NCBI GenBank assembly: GCA_963799485.1
Contig: CAWCXJ010000008.1
Span: forward strand, 96,001-160,000
Length of the DNA stretch: 64,000 nt
From: an uncultured Trueperaceae bacterium
GTDB taxonomy: Bacteria > Deinococcota > Deinococci > Deinococcales > Trueperaceae
Reading direction: 5' to 3'
Position numbers and translations under genes: made by a program. The notes under the pieces are model-generated. The model did no database searches. It saw nothing but the letters and a program-made list of their open reading frames with translations, and was not told where the DNA came from. Of the stretch, positions 1 to 9,984 are shown in pieces (positions within the stretch are counted from its first letter, which is position 1; every line of letters starts with the position of its first letter).

Positions 1-64
1 ACGCGTCTCAACCCAAGAACCGACTTTACGGACAGCTACGTCTTTTCTCGAGTCAGGGGGACTT

Positions 65-1510
65 ATGAACACGAAATGGTTGCACAAAACGCTCCAGACC
101 TTGCCCGTGCTGGCGCTCGCAGCAGCGGCGTTCGCGCAAAACGGTAGCGACAACACCTGGTGGCAAGAGGCGGCCCAACCCTACGACGGCGTAACCATTC
201 GCGGCATTTCGGAAAGCACGCCGCCCTCACGCTACGTCTCCGACGTGCTGGCCCCGGCCTTCACCGAAGCGACCGGTATCAACGTCGAGTTCGAGATCAC
301 CTCGTGGGATCAGATGTACGACAAGGCCATTAAAGATATGCAGGCCAACACCGGCATTTACGATTTCGTGTACGTCGAGCAAGATATCGTTTATTCGTAC
401 CTGGCGCAAGATTTTCTGGTTGACCTAACCGGGATGCTGAGCGCCAACGAAGCGCTGCAGGCTCCCACCTTCGACTTCAGCGACTTCACCTCGTTTATCG
501 ACTACTTCAAAAACGACGCGGGCGATATTTTCGGCGTACCGATGGAAGCGTTTATCAAACCCTACCTTTACCGCACCGACCTCTTTAACGACGAGGCCAT
601 CAAAACAGCCTTTCAGGAGCAGTACGGCTACGAGCTGGCTCCGGCAAAAACATTCCAGGAATACCAGGACATTGCCGACTTCTTTACCGCCTACGGCGAA
701 GAGAACAACATGGAGCTGTGGGGCAGCACCTTGCAAGCCTCGACCGGACACCCTGCCTCGACCTACGAAGTATTGGAAACCATTTTCCCGTCGTTCGGGG
801 TTTACAACTGGGGCATCAATCAGGACAACTATAAAGCGACTGTAGAGGGCGGCGGCGAACTCAACAGCGACCGTGCCAAAGAAGCGCTGAGCTTCTGGAT
901 CGGTCTGCTGCCCGACGCACCTCCCGAAGCGACCAGCAGTACCTGGGACGAGGTGGCCTCGAGCTTTGCGGCGGGCCGCGCGGCACAGGGCTGGGTTTAC
1001 GGCGAAAACGCCGCCTGGATTGCGACTGATGAGAGCCGCTCGACGGTCGTGGGCAAGGTCGGCGTCGCGCTGCCGCCCCTTGCCGAAGGCGTATTAGAGC
1101 AGGCCAAAGCAGGTGAGGGCTACATCGGTTACTACGACGGCGGCGCGTTTGCCATCCCCTATTCGTCGAAAAATCAGGAAGCTGCTGCCCTGTGGCTGCA
1201 GTACATCGGACAGCCCTCGGTGCAGGCCGATTGGGCGGTCGCCGGCTCGCGCATCACCCAAACCGCGACCTTCAGCGACCCCAAAGTGCAGGCGGTCGAT
1301 AAGGAAACGGGCGGCTACTTTACGCTCTTGCAAGACGAGGGCGACCTGTTCGCCGGCGCACCGCCGTTCCCCTTCCACAACCCTGTGCGCGAGACCATCG
1401 ACACCTATATCCACCGTGCGATTGTAGGCGAACTGACGCCGGACGAGGCGCTCGACCAGGCCGCCGAAGCCGTCAACCAGAGACTGGTAGATTTAGGCTA
1501 CGCGCAGTAA
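65..1510 (+). CDS. Carbohydrate/polyol ABC transporter substrate-binding protein (CUT1 family)
   Basis: N-terminal signal peptide (ALAAAAFA-Q), RBS-like CAGGGGG, CUT1 SBP motifs ([23 protein letters not shown]), followed by two permeases. Confidence 0.9.
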   Translation: MNTKWLHKTLQTLPVLALAAAAFAQNGSDNTWWQEAAQPYDGVTIRGISESTPPSRYVSDVLAPAFTEATGINVEFEITSWDQMYDKAIKDMQANTGIYDFVYVEQDIVYSYLAQDFLVDLTGMLSANEALQAPTFDFSDFTSFIDYFKNDAGDIFGVPMEAFIKPYLYRTDLFNDEAIKTAFQEQYGYELAPAKTFQEYQDIADFFTAYGEENNMELWGSTLQASTGHPASTYEVLETIFPSFGVYNWGINQDNYKATVEGGGELNSDRAKEALSFWIGLLPDAPPEATSSTWDEVASSFAAGRAAQGWVYGENAAWIATDESRSTVVGKVGVALPPLAEGVLEQAKAGEGYIGYYDGGAFAIPYSSKNQEAAALWLQYIGQPSVQADWAVAGSRITQTATFSDPKVQAVDKETGGYFTLLQDEGDLFAGAPPFPFHNPVRETIDTYIHRAIVGELTPDEALDQAAEAVNQRLVDLGYAQ

Positions 1511-1518
1511 TACCGAGC

Positions 1519-1549
1519 CGGGGAGAGCCGGACTCTCCCCGCTGTTTTT
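1519..1549 (+). terminator. Intra-operon stem-loop after SBP gene
   Basis: CGGGGAGAG-ccgga-CTCTCCCCG, then CTG and a T5 run. Confidence 0.6.
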
Positions 1550-1582
1550 GGTTCTGGTAGTCACACGTATGGCGGTCACTTT

Positions 1583-2455
1583 ATGAGACGACAACGAACC
1601 GGCTGGCTGCTGCTCGCGCCCAGCCTGATTATTCTCTTTCTCACCGGCCTGTTGCCCTTTATTTACGTTCTGGTCGTCGGGTTTTTCAGCTGGAACCCGG
1701 TCGCGCTCAACCCGGCCCCGATCTGGACGGGCGTGGAAAACTTCCGGCGACTCGTCTTCGACGCCGAGTTTTTAGGCGCGCTCACGCGCACCCTCGGTTT
1801 TACGGCAATGACCGTCGGCGCGGAGCTGATTTTGGGTTTCGTACTGGCGTCCTTGCTGCTCCGCGACTTTCGCGGCAAGGCGATTTTCCGCACCGTTCAC
1901 GCCCTGCCCCTGATGATCGCGCCCATCGTCGTCGGGGCCATCTGGAAGCTCCTGAGCATTCCGGGGTTCGGGCCGCTGCCCTACTATTTCGGTAGGTGGT
2001 TCGGGCTCGACTACAACATCGGGCGGTACGCCGGTCAAGCGTTCTGGACGGTGGTCGTGATGGACATCTGGCACTGGACGCCGTTTGTCACGCTGGTGCT
2101 GCTCGCGGGTCTCAGCGCGATGCCGCAAGACCCCGTGGAGTCCGCTAAAGTAGACGGCGCAAACCGCTGGCAACTCCTGCGTCACATCACCCTGCCGCTC
2201 CTGACGCCGGTACTCTTAACGGTGGTCTTTTTACGGGTGATGGACGCGCTCCGCATCGTTGACGAGGTGTGGATGCTGACCGGGGGCGGCCCCGGTACGG
2301 CGACCCGTTACGTCGGCATCCACATCTGGCGGGTCGTATTCCCGCAAACCTCTTACGGCTACGGCTCGGCGATGTCGCTGCTGCTCCTTTATTTTACCGT
2401 CGTCATCTGCTGGTTTTTGTACGTCACCATCATGGGAAGGGGGCAGCGCGAATGA
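1583..2455 (+). CDS. Carbohydrate ABC transporter permease (MalF-like)
   Basis: Multiple TM segments, EAA loop [18 protein letters not shown] motif. Confidence 0.92.
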   Translation: MRRQRTGWLLLAPSLIILFLTGLLPFIYVLVVGFFSWNPVALNPAPIWTGVENFRRLVFDAEFLGALTRTLGFTAMTVGAELILGFVLASLLLRDFRGKAIFRTVHALPLMIAPIVVGAIWKLLSIPGFGPLPYYFGRWFGLDYNIGRYAGQAFWTVVVMDIWHWTPFVTLVLLAGLSAMPQDPVESAKVDGANRWQLLRHITLPLLTPVLLTVVFLRVMDALRIVDEVWMLTGGGPGTATRYVGIHIWRVVFPQTSYGYGSAMSLLLLYFTVVICWFLYVTIMGRGQRE

Positions 2456-3360
2456 AAGCCGTCAAAGCGTACCCGGTCGAGGCGCAGAGCAGCGTCAACA
2501 AGGCGAAAAGGTCAAAGCGTATCTGGGGCACCGTCGGGACGTATCTTTTCTGGACTGCCTCGAGCCTCGTCACGCTGCTACCGATCTACTGGCTGGTGCT
2601 GGTCTCGACCCGTAGCCGGGTCGCGCTTTTCGGCGCACCCGACCTTTCCCCCACCTTTTTTAGCGGGATTTTTACGGACAACTTTGCCAATCCGTTCGTG
2701 CGCGGGTCGCAGGGTGATTATCTTGTCAACTCGGTTATCGTCGCTACGTCCAACGCCGTGCTAGTCATCGTATTGGCGGTGCTGGCAACCTACGCGCTCT
2801 CGCGGTGGAAACTGCCGGGCTCGAGCAGCCTTTTCTTCTGGACGATTACGAACCGCATGGCCCCGCCCGCCGCCTTTTTGCTGCCGCTTTTTCTGCTTTT
2901 CACCTCTGTTTTCAAGCTCCGCGACTGGACGCTGTTCGACACGCACATCGGGCTGATTTTGCTCTACTGCGTGTTCAACCTGCCGTTTGCCATCTGGCTT
3001 TTGAAGGGCATTATGGACGGTATCCCGAGCGAGCTCGACGACGCCGTATACGTCGACGGCGGCGGCCTCTGGACGGTTCTAGGGCGCATCATCGTCCCGC
3101 TGGCGGCCCCCGGTATCGCCATCACCGGCCTGCTGAGCTGGGTGTTCGCCTGGAACGAATACCTTTTCGCCGCCACCTTAACGAGTGTGGACGCCCGTAC
3201 CATCACCACCGGCTTGGCAGAGTTCGTGACCGTCACGGGCACGAACTGGGGCGAGATGGCAGCGGTTGCGCTCGTTTCACTTGCGCCTGCGCTGCTGCTC
3301 CTGGCACTCGTGCAAAGGCACATCGTCGCGGGCCTGACCTTTGGGGCGGTGAAGGGATGA
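2452..3360 (+). CDS. Carbohydrate ABC transporter permease (MalG-like)
   Basis: ATG at 2452 overlaps previous stop (ATGA); EAA-like [17 protein letters not shown]-terminal GLTFGAVKG. Confidence 0.9.
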   Translation: MKAVKAYPVEAQSSVNKAKRSKRIWGTVGTYLFWTASSLVTLLPIYWLVLVSTRSRVALFGAPDLSPTFFSGIFTDNFANPFVRGSQGDYLVNSVIVATSNAVLVIVLAVLATYALSRWKLPGSSSLFFWTITNRMAPPAAFLLPLFLLFTSVFKLRDWTLFDTHIGLILLYCVFNLPFAIWLLKGIMDGIPSELDDAVYVDGGGLWTVLGRIIVPLAAPGIAITGLLSWVFAWNEYLFAATLTSVDARTITTGLAEFVTVTGTNWGEMAAVALVSLAPALLLLALVQRHIVAGLTFGAVKG

Positions 3361-3575
3361 ACGAGACTCCCGCCGAGCACGCCCCGGTTGAACATCGCGG
3401 ACGCAAAGGCTTTTTGCCGATTGCGACCAACTGGTTCGACCGCCTTTTTATCGGCGTGATGGGACACGTCGCCCTCAACTTGTTGTGGTTGCGTTTTTTA
3501 GAGGCGAGCGTGCCGCTTTTGGTCGGGACTGTGTTGGGAATCGTCTGGATTGTCGTGGTGATGGTATGGGGCTGA
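3357..3575 (+). CDS. Small membrane protein, DUF2160-like ABC accessory subunit
   Basis: 72 aa, ATGA-coupled to the permease; [16 protein letters not shown] motif and two hydrophobic helices. Confidence 0.75.
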   Translation: MNETPAEHAPVEHRGRKGFLPIATNWFDRLFIGVMGHVALNLLWLRFLEASVPLLVGTVLGIVWIVVVMVWG

Positions 3576-3576
3576 C

Positions 3577-4323
3577 ATGTACGGACTGAGCGGTAAACGG
3601 GCGCTGATTACCGGCGCGAGTAAAGGCATCGGGCGCGGTCTGGCTCTAGCGTTTGCGGCGCAGGGCGTGGATATTGTCGCGGTTGCGCGGGACGAAACCG
3701 GGTTGGCTGAGGTTGAACGTGAGGTTGAGGAGGCGGGCTCGAGCGCTCACATTATCCGCGCCGACCTCTCAGATATGGCGGACGTTCGGCGTGTGGCGGC
3801 GGAGGCCGAAACGTTAGACGTTCACATATTGGTCAACAACGCGGGCGTGAGCTATCCGCAAAATGCACTCGAGGCGAGTCTGGAAAATTGGGAACAGACG
3901 TTCGCCGTAAACGTGCGGGCGGCTTTTTTCTTGGCTCAGGCGTTCGGCAGGCCGATGGTCGAGCGGGGCTGGGGGCGCATCGTCAATATGTCGTCGCAAG
4001 CGGGACTTATCGCACTAGAAGACCACGTGGCGTACTGCGCTTCAAAAGGGGCGCTCGAGATGATGAGCAAAACGCTGGCGCTCGAGTGGGCTCCGGCAGG
4101 CGTCACCGTCAACTGCGTTGCGCCGACGGTAATCGCCACACCGATGGCGGCGATGGCCTTCCCTACCGAAGAAGCGCGCGCGAAAATGCTCCGCCGCATC
4201 CCGGTCGGGCGTTTTGGTGAGATTGAAGAAGTCGCTGCCGCCGTTCTCTTTTTGGCGTCGGACGCCGCCGGGATGATTACCGGCGACACCCTCAAGGTAG
4301 ACGGCGGCTGGACGGCTCAGTAA
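3577..4323 (+). CDS. SDR oxidoreductase, DthD/GolD-like polyol dehydrogenase
   Basis: TGASKGIG, NNAG, SSQAGLIALEDHVAYCASK (YxxxK), APTV, VDGG. Confidence 0.8.
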   Translation: MYGLSGKRALITGASKGIGRGLALAFAAQGVDIVAVARDETGLAEVEREVEEAGSSAHIIRADLSDMADVRRVAAEAETLDVHILVNNAGVSYPQNALEASLENWEQTFAVNVRAAFFLAQAFGRPMVERGWGRIVNMSSQAGLIALEDHVAYCASKGALEMMSKTLALEWAPAGVTVNCVAPTVIATPMAAMAFPTEEARAKMLRRIPVGRFGEIEEVAAAVLFLASDAAGMITGDTLKVDGGWTAQ

Positions 4324-4455
4324 ACCGGACTGAGACCGAGCGGTCTCTTACAAGCTTGTGGTCACCGTAAAATGGGTGTACCAAACGGAGTTTCGTACAC
4401 CCGGATTAACTCGGCTCGGGCGAGACCTGCTATAACTAACCCATAGGAGATACTT

Positions 4456-5206
4456 ATGACTGACCGTTTTGAGTTTGACCGGACAGCACGCGCTCGTGAC
4501 CGGGGCGGGGCGCGGGATCGGGCTCGAGATTGCCCGTACGCTCAGGGGTGCCGGAGCGACTATTACCGTAGGCGAGTTTTTAGAAGACGCGGGCCGCGCC
4601 GCCGCCGAAGAACTCGGCGGCAACTTCGTGCAGGTAGACGTGCGTGACCCGGAGAGTGCCGCAAAGATGGTTGACGAGGCCGAAACGCACGCACCCATAG
4701 ACATTCTGGTCAACAACGCCGGCATCGCCAACAATATCGCTGCTGAAGACGCCTCGGACGACGACTGGCTAAACGTGATTAACGTCAACTTAAACGGCGT
4801 TTTCTGGTGCTGCCGCGCTGCCGGCAAAAAGATGCTGGCGCGGAGTGCCGGAAACATCGTCAATATCGCCTCGATGTCGGGCCTCATCGTCAACAAACCG
4901 CAGCCGCAAGCCGCGTACAACGTTTCCAAAGCGGGCGTGATTATGCTGACCAAATCGCTCGCAGCGGAGTGGGCAGAGCGGGGCGTGCGCGTCAACGCGG
5001 TGTCGCCGGGGTATATCGGCACCGAGATGACCAAAGCAGGGATGAGTAACGAAGACTGGAACCGGCAGTGGCTCGAGATGACCCCGATGGGCCGCGTCGG
5101 TGAACCGAGTGACATCGCGCACGCGGTACTTTATCTGGCGTCGGACGCCGCGCGTTTTGCCACCGGGACGAACCTCGTGGTGGACGGCGGCTACACGAGC
5201 TGGTAA
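4456..5206 (+). CDS. SDR polyol dehydrogenase (galactitol/sorbose reductase-like) with apparent 1-nt frameshift after codon 4-5
   Basis: RBS AGGAGA and ATG 4456 (MTDR..) are one base out of frame with SLTGQHALVTGAGRGIG (frame from 4469); NNAG, SMSGLIVNKPQPQAAYNVSK. Confidence 0.8.
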
Positions 5207-5272
5207 GAGCCCTGGCTTAAACAAGGCGTCGCAACCCGCGCACTATCTCCAGCCGGGCTGTATCCTAAATAG

Positions 5273-6688
5273 ATGTCTTATGACGCCGTAATCGTCGGCT
5301 CCGGCCCCAACGGATTGGCCGCCGCGATTGTCCTCGCCCAAAAAGGCTTAAAGGTTGCCCTGCTGGAAAGAGCAGAAACCACCGGCGGCGGGATGCGTAC
5401 CGAGGAACTCACGCTGCCGGGTTTTAAGCACGACGTGGGTTCGACGATTCACCCGTTCGGCGTCGGTTCACCTTTTTTTCGCACCTTGCCGCTGGAAGAC
5501 TTTGGGCTCGAGTGGCGACACCCGGACGTCCCTTTTGCCCATCCACTAGACGACGGCGTTGCGGTAGCAGAGCGTTCGTTAGAGGCGACCTGCCGGGGTC
5601 TCGGCAAGGACGCGGACACCTACAACCTGCTGATGCGCCCCCTCGTTCGTGATTCGGAAAAGCTTTTTGAAGACTTTATGGGGCCGCTGCTGCGTTTTCC
5701 GGCGCATCCTGTCTTGCTGGCACGTTTTGGCGTGCGGGGATTGCCCCCGGCGACGCTGCTCGGCAAACTGTTTCAAGAAGAGCGAACAAAGGCACTGTTT
5801 GCCGGACTTGCCGCGCACGCGGTGATGCCGCTCTCGACTCCAGGAACCTCGGCGTTCGGCCTCGTTCTGGGGATGCTCGCGCACACCGTCGGCTGGCCTT
5901 TTCCCAAGGGCGGCGCGGCGACGTTGGCAGGGGCGCTGACGCGTTATTTTCGTTCACTCGGCGGCGAAGTCTATACGAATACCACCGTAAAAACGCCCGC
6001 TGACGTACCCGAAGCAAAGGCCGTTCTTTACGATTTATCAGCCAAACCGTTTCTCAACCTGCTGGGAGACGAGTTTCCGGCGAGTTACCGGGGCTGGTTG
6101 GAGCGCTACCGTCTCGGCGCGGGCATCTTCAAGGTGGATTACGCGCTGGACGGCCCGGTGCCGTGGCAAGAAGCGGCGTGTTTGCGGGCCGGGACGGTTC
6201 ATTTAGGCGGGACACTGGCAGAAATCGCCGAATCCGAACGTGAAGTCGAGCGGGGCAGCGTGCCGACGAAGCCGTATGTACTAATTGCTCAGCATGGCCC
6301 TTTTGATAAAACTCGAGCCCCCGAAGGGAAACAGACTTTATGGGCCTATTGTCACGTGCCGAACGGCTCTGAAATCGATATGACAGACCGGATTGAAGCG
6401 CAGTTGGAGCGTTTCGCACCCGGTTTTAGAGACCGTGTTTTAGCCAAACATACGATGAACGCGCCCGCTACGGAACGCCACAACCCCAACTACGTCGGCG
6501 GCGACATCAACGGCGGTAGGGCGAGTTTGTGGCAGCTTGTCGCTCGGCCTGCGCCGCGCCCCCTGCCCTACCGCACCCCGCTTAAAGGGGTGTACCTCTG
6601 CTCGGCGAGTACGCCCCCGTCGGGCGGCGTTCACGGGATGTGCGGGTATTGGGCGGCGCAAACGGTACTCCGAGATTTGGGTGTATAA
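5273..6688 (+). CDS. Phytoene desaturase-family NAD(P)/FAD-dependent oxidoreductase
   Basis: GSGPNGL FAD-binding motif, GGDINGG, STPPSGGVHGMCG; leaderless -10 TATCCT at 5261-5266. Confidence 0.85.
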   Translation: MSYDAVIVGSGPNGLAAAIVLAQKGLKVALLERAETTGGGMRTEELTLPGFKHDVGSTIHPFGVGSPFFRTLPLEDFGLEWRHPDVPFAHPLDDGVAVAERSLEATCRGLGKDADTYNLLMRPLVRDSEKLFEDFMGPLLRFPAHPVLLARFGVRGLPPATLLGKLFQEERTKALFAGLAAHAVMPLSTPGTSAFGLVLGMLAHTVGWPFPKGGAATLAGALTRYFRSLGGEVYTNTTVKTPADVPEAKAVLYDLSAKPFLNLLGDEFPASYRGWLERYRLGAGIFKVDYALDGPVPWQEAACLRAGTVHLGGTLAEIAESEREVERGSVPTKPYVLIAQHGPFDKTRAPEGKQTLWAYCHVPNGSEIDMTDRIEAQLERFAPGFRDRVLAKHTMNAPATERHNPNYVGGDINGGRASLWQLVARPAPRPLPYRTPLKGVYLCSASTPPSGGVHGMCGYWAAQTVLRDLGV

Positions 6689-6694
6689 CCGGTA

Positions 6695-7339
6695 TCAAGC
6701 TCTGTTTACGCCGTTGTAGAGCGCCTCCAGCAAAATACTCGCCGACGTTGCCCCGGCGTCTTGAAAGCCCCTCGCGCGTTCTCCCAAACGGCTGGCGCGC
6801 CCGAGTTTGGGGACGAGTTCTTTGGTCTTTTCGGTGCCTCTCCACGCTGCTTCGGACGCGGCTTTCAAGGTGTCCGCCGCACCCGCACCTTGACGGCTTA
6901 CGTTTTGCGCCGCCTCAGCCGCCGGAACCCAGGCGTCGATCAGGGTTTTGTCGCCCAATTTGGCTTTACCTACTTTTTGCATCGCCGAGGCCATCGCGCT
7001 CAAGATGTCGGCCCAGCTCTGCCCGTCACTGATAGCGTCTTGACCGTCTACTTTCTTTGCAGCCGCGTCAAAGGCTGACTCGTAAAGCGGGCCGATAGAC
7101 GCGCCTACTTCGTCGGCAAACGCTTCGGCTACCGCGCGAAAGGCGTCTGCCGGGGTTGGACGGGTCAGTTCGGCGAGGTTGCGCCGCGTCGCCCGCATCC
7201 CAATCGTCATACTGACGCCGTGGTCGCCGTCACCGACTTCGGAGTCGAGTTCGCAGAGGTAGTCTTTGTTGGCCTCGAGCTTTACCGCCACAGCTTCCAA
7301 AATCTTAACGAGTGCCGCGCCGTCTACCCTTTCAGGCAT
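6695..7339 (-). CDS. dhaL: Dihydroxyacetone kinase-family L subunit (possible erythrulose kinase component)
   Basis: LDSEVGDGDHG, GDKTLID, GRASRLGER, DAGA motifs. Confidence 0.88.
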   Translation of the reverse strand: MPERVDGAALVKILEAVAVKLEANKDYLCELDSEVGDGDHGVSMTIGMRATRRNLAELTRPTPADAFRAVAEAFADEVGASIGPLYESAFDAAAKKVDGQDAISDGQSWADILSAMASAMQKVGKAKLGDKTLIDAWVPAAEAAQNVSRQGAGAADTLKAASEAAWRGTEKTKELVPKLGRASRLGERARGFQDAGATSASILLEALYNGVNRA

Positions 7340-8353
7340 CTAAACCCCTCCCAGCATCGCGCGGTTTTGCAGGAACATCGGACAGTACGCGGGCGCGTCG
7401 ATCAGGTCTAAGAGTTCGGCGTCTAGACGCAGCAGGGTGATAGACGCACCCGCCATCTCGAGCGAGGTCACGTATTCGCCGACAAACGAGCGTTTGATGT
7501 TGACGCGCTCGGCTTCTAAAATCTGCGTGAGTTTACGGTACATGATGTAAAGCTCTTCGTAAGGCGTCGCGCCCAGACCGTTGATTAAAACGGCCACATC
7601 GGAACCGGAAAAGTCGAGGTCTTTTAAGATGTAGTCGGTCATCTCTTCGACCAGCTTATCTACAGGTTCAACTTTCGTGCGGCGCAGGCCCGGTTCGCCG
7701 TGGATGCCGAGACCGACCTCGAGTTCCCCTTCCGGCAGTGAAAACGTCGGTTGACCGTTCGCCGGCACCGTACACGCCGAAAGCGCCACGCCCATCGTCC
7801 GGGTGTTGGCGTTGGCTTTTACGGCGGCTGCTTTTACGGCGGCAAGCTCCGCCATCGTCTCGGCTTTGGCGGTCGCTGCCTTAAAGACGAAGAAATCCCC
7901 GGCAATCCCGCGCCGCCGGTCTTTTTCATGGTTGGGCGCTGAGGCCACGTCGTCGGTGACGAGGACGGTTTCGACCGGGATGCCCTGCTCGCCGGCTTGC
8001 GCCGCCGCCCGGTCGAAGTTCATCACGTCGCCCGCGTAGTTGCCGTAACTGTACAAGACGCCTGCGCCGCCGCTAGCGGCTAGGGTCGCCTCGAGCACCG
8101 GTTTCGCCGGTGGCGAGGCGAAGATGTTGCCGACCGGAGCCGCGTCCGCGCCGCCCTTCCCGACGTAACCGATAAAAGCGGGCAGATGGCCTGAACCGCC
8201 GCCTACGACGACGCCGACCTTGCCGGGGGTCGGGCCGTCTTTACGGCCTACGGCGCGTTTACCCACACGTTTTACGGTGTCGGCGTGGGCTAAGAGAAAC
8301 CCCTCGAGGCTCTCTTCGACAAAATCAAAGGGGTCGTTGATGAGTTTTTTCAT
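7340..8353 (-). CDS. dhaK: Dihydroxyacetone kinase-family K subunit (possible erythrulose kinase component)
   Basis: MKKLINDP, GGGSGHLP, NYAGDVMNF, DDVASAP, RRGIAG, GIHGEPG, TSLEMAG. Confidence 0.9.
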   Translation of the reverse strand: MKKLINDPFDFVEESLEGFLLAHADTVKRVGKRAVGRKDGPTPGKVGVVVGGGSGHLPAFIGYVGKGGADAAPVGNIFASPPAKPVLEATLAASGGAGVLYSYGNYAGDVMNFDRAAAQAGEQGIPVETVLVTDDVASAPNHEKDRRRGIAGDFFVFKAATAKAETMAELAAVKAAAVKANANTRTMGVALSACTVPANGQPTFSLPEGELEVGLGIHGEPGLRRTKVEPVDKLVEEMTDYILKDLDFSGSDVAVLINGLGATPYEELYIMYRKLTQILEAERVNIKRSFVGEYVTSLEMAGASITLLRLDAELLDLIDAPAYCPMFLQNRAMLGGV

Positions 8354-8372
8354 CGCTGCCACCCTAACAGGA

Positions 8373-8846
8373 CTAACATCCGCTACCTACTTTCGCTTCG
8401 GTGTCGCGGCGTTCACTCCGGTCAATGTCGTCCATTTTCGTTACTTTACGGCTCGAGTTGCCCCCTTCAAACTCGGACTCGAGCCACGCCCCGACGATCT
8501 CTTTGGCGAGTTCGACGCCAACGACTCTCGAGCCGAGCGCCAAAATCTGCGCGTCGTTGCTCTTCCTCGCCCGCTGCGCCGAATAGGTGTCGTGCGCCTG
8601 CGCCGCCCGCACACCCGCGACTTTGTTCGCCGTAATTGCCATGCCGATACCCGTACCACAGACCAAGATAGCGCGGTCACTCCGCTCTTCAGCAACCGCT
8701 TTGGCAACGCGGTAAGCGACGTCCGGATAGTCGTCTTCGGGGCCGGGGCTGTAGTCTTTGACGCTCACGCCGCGCGCCTCGAGGTAACCTTTCAACTCAG
8801 CTTTTAGAACGTTACCCGCGTCGTCGGAACCCAACAAAACCTCCAT
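8373..8846 (-). CDS. rpiB: RpiB/LacA-LacB family isomerase (possible D-erythrulose-4-phosphate isomerase, DerI-like)
   Basis: LGSDDAG, DYPD, CGTGIGMAITANKVAG, RKSNDAQILALG; TGATG-coupled to upstream dehydrogenase. Confidence 0.85.
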   Translation of the reverse strand: MEVLLGSDDAGNVLKAELKGYLEARGVSVKDYSPGPEDDYPDVAYRVAKAVAEERSDRAILVCGTGIGMAITANKVAGVRAAQAHDTYSAQRARKSNDAQILALGSRVVGVELAKEIVGAWLESEFEGGNSSRKVTKMDDIDRSERRDTEAKVGSGC

Positions 8847-9958
8847 CACGGAATTAACAGAATCTTGAGCGAGCTGTCGCCTTTAGCCATCAGGTCAAAG
8901 CCTTTTTGAAACTCCTCTAACGGCAACTGATGCGTGACGACCCCTTCGGTCGGTAGCCGCCCGTCGGCAATCGCCTCAATTGTCAGTGGATAACAGTACG
9001 GCCCCAGGTGCGAACCCAATAGGTCGAGTTCTTTACGGTCGGAGATAATGCTCCAGTCCACCTTGACATCTTTGGAAAAGACGCTGAACTCGACGAAACG
9101 GCCGAGTTTGCGGATCATCTGCAAGCCTTGCTCGACCCCGACGGGGCTGCCGGTCGCTTCGATGTAGACGTCACAACCGTAGCCGCCAGTCAGGTCTTTC
9201 ACGATCTTTACGGCGTCTTCCTCGAGCGGGTTGATGACCATATCCGCGCCAAACTTTTTAGCGAGCTCCAAGCGCTCGGGTTTGGTGTCTAAGACGATGA
9301 GTTTCGTCGGATTTTTCAGCCGCGCAGCCCCGACCATTCCGAGCCCGAGCGTCCCGGCTCCGGCTAACACCACCACGTCGCGGAGCTGAATGTTACCCCG
9401 GTTGACGGCATGAACCGAACACGCGTAAGGCTCGACCAAGATGGCTTTTTCAATTGGCAGGTCACTCGGTACGTGGTAGTTCAGAGCCTCTTTGGGAAAA
9501 CGCATGTACTCGGCCATGCCGCCATTGACATTGTTTTGAAACCCGTACACGTCGTGCTTCTCACACATCCAGTATTCGCCTTCGTCGCAAAACCGGCAGT
9601 TCCAGCACGGCACGATCTGCTCGCTGATCAGCCGGTCGCCGACCTCAAACTCGCCTTTGGCGAGGACGTTTTCACCGACTTCTACGGCGACGCCGATAAA
9701 CTCGTGACCGGGGATCATCGGCGCTTTGATGTACGCCGGTTGGCCTTTGCCGCCCCAGAACGACACCGCGCCGTCACACGCTTTAATGTCACCCGCGCAG
9801 ATGCCGCACGCCTCAATTTTGACGATGATGTCGTCGGGTCCGGCGCGGGGCGTTTCGACCTCTTCTAAACGGTAGTCGCCGGGGGCGTAGGCGACCACGG
9901 CTTTCATGGTTTTGGGCAGCGTTTCGGTTTGTTTTTCGGGGGCTAAGGTGTCAGCCAT
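8846..9958 (-). CDS. Zn-dependent erythritol/L-threitol dehydrogenase (EltD-like)
   Basis: GICAGD, GHEF, SEQIVPCWNCRFC..C, DWSIISDRKELDLLGSHLGPYC, recalled as closely resembling mycobacterial EltD. Confidence 0.8.
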   Translation of the reverse strand: MADTLAPEKQTETLPKTMKAVVAYAPGDYRLEEVETPRAGPDDIIVKIEACGICAGDIKACDGAVSFWGGKGQPAYIKAPMIPGHEFIGVAVEVGENVLAKGEFEVGDRLISEQIVPCWNCRFCDEGEYWMCEKHDVYGFQNNVNGGMAEYMRFPKEALNYHVPSDLPIEKAILVEPYACSVHAVNRGNIQLRDVVVLAGAGTLGLGMVGAARLKNPTKLIVLDTKPERLELAKKFGADMVINPLEEDAVKIVKDLTGGYGCDVYIEATGSPVGVEQGLQMIRKLGRFVEFSVFSKDVKVDWSIISDRKELDLLGSHLGPYCYPLTIEAIADGRLPTEGVVTHQLPLEEFQKGFDLMAKGDSSLKILLIP

Positions 9959-9984
9959 AACTCATCTCACTTTCTTTTATTCTT

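Noticed and set aside
4374..4402. GGGTGTAC..GTACACCC hairpin as a REP-like family with 63754-63794
   Set aside because: Only a 6-bp core is shared; loops and arm orientation differ
4348..5115. Long antisense and alternative-frame ORFs (this one, 18876-19655, 25971-26837, 35717-36502, 49651-50376 and others)
   Set aside because: Shadows of real genes, typical of GC-rich DNA, with no recognisable motifs
5273..6688. crtI carotenoid gene
   Set aside because: Motifs fit the generic phytoene-desaturase-like oxidoreductase group and no crt genes are adjacent
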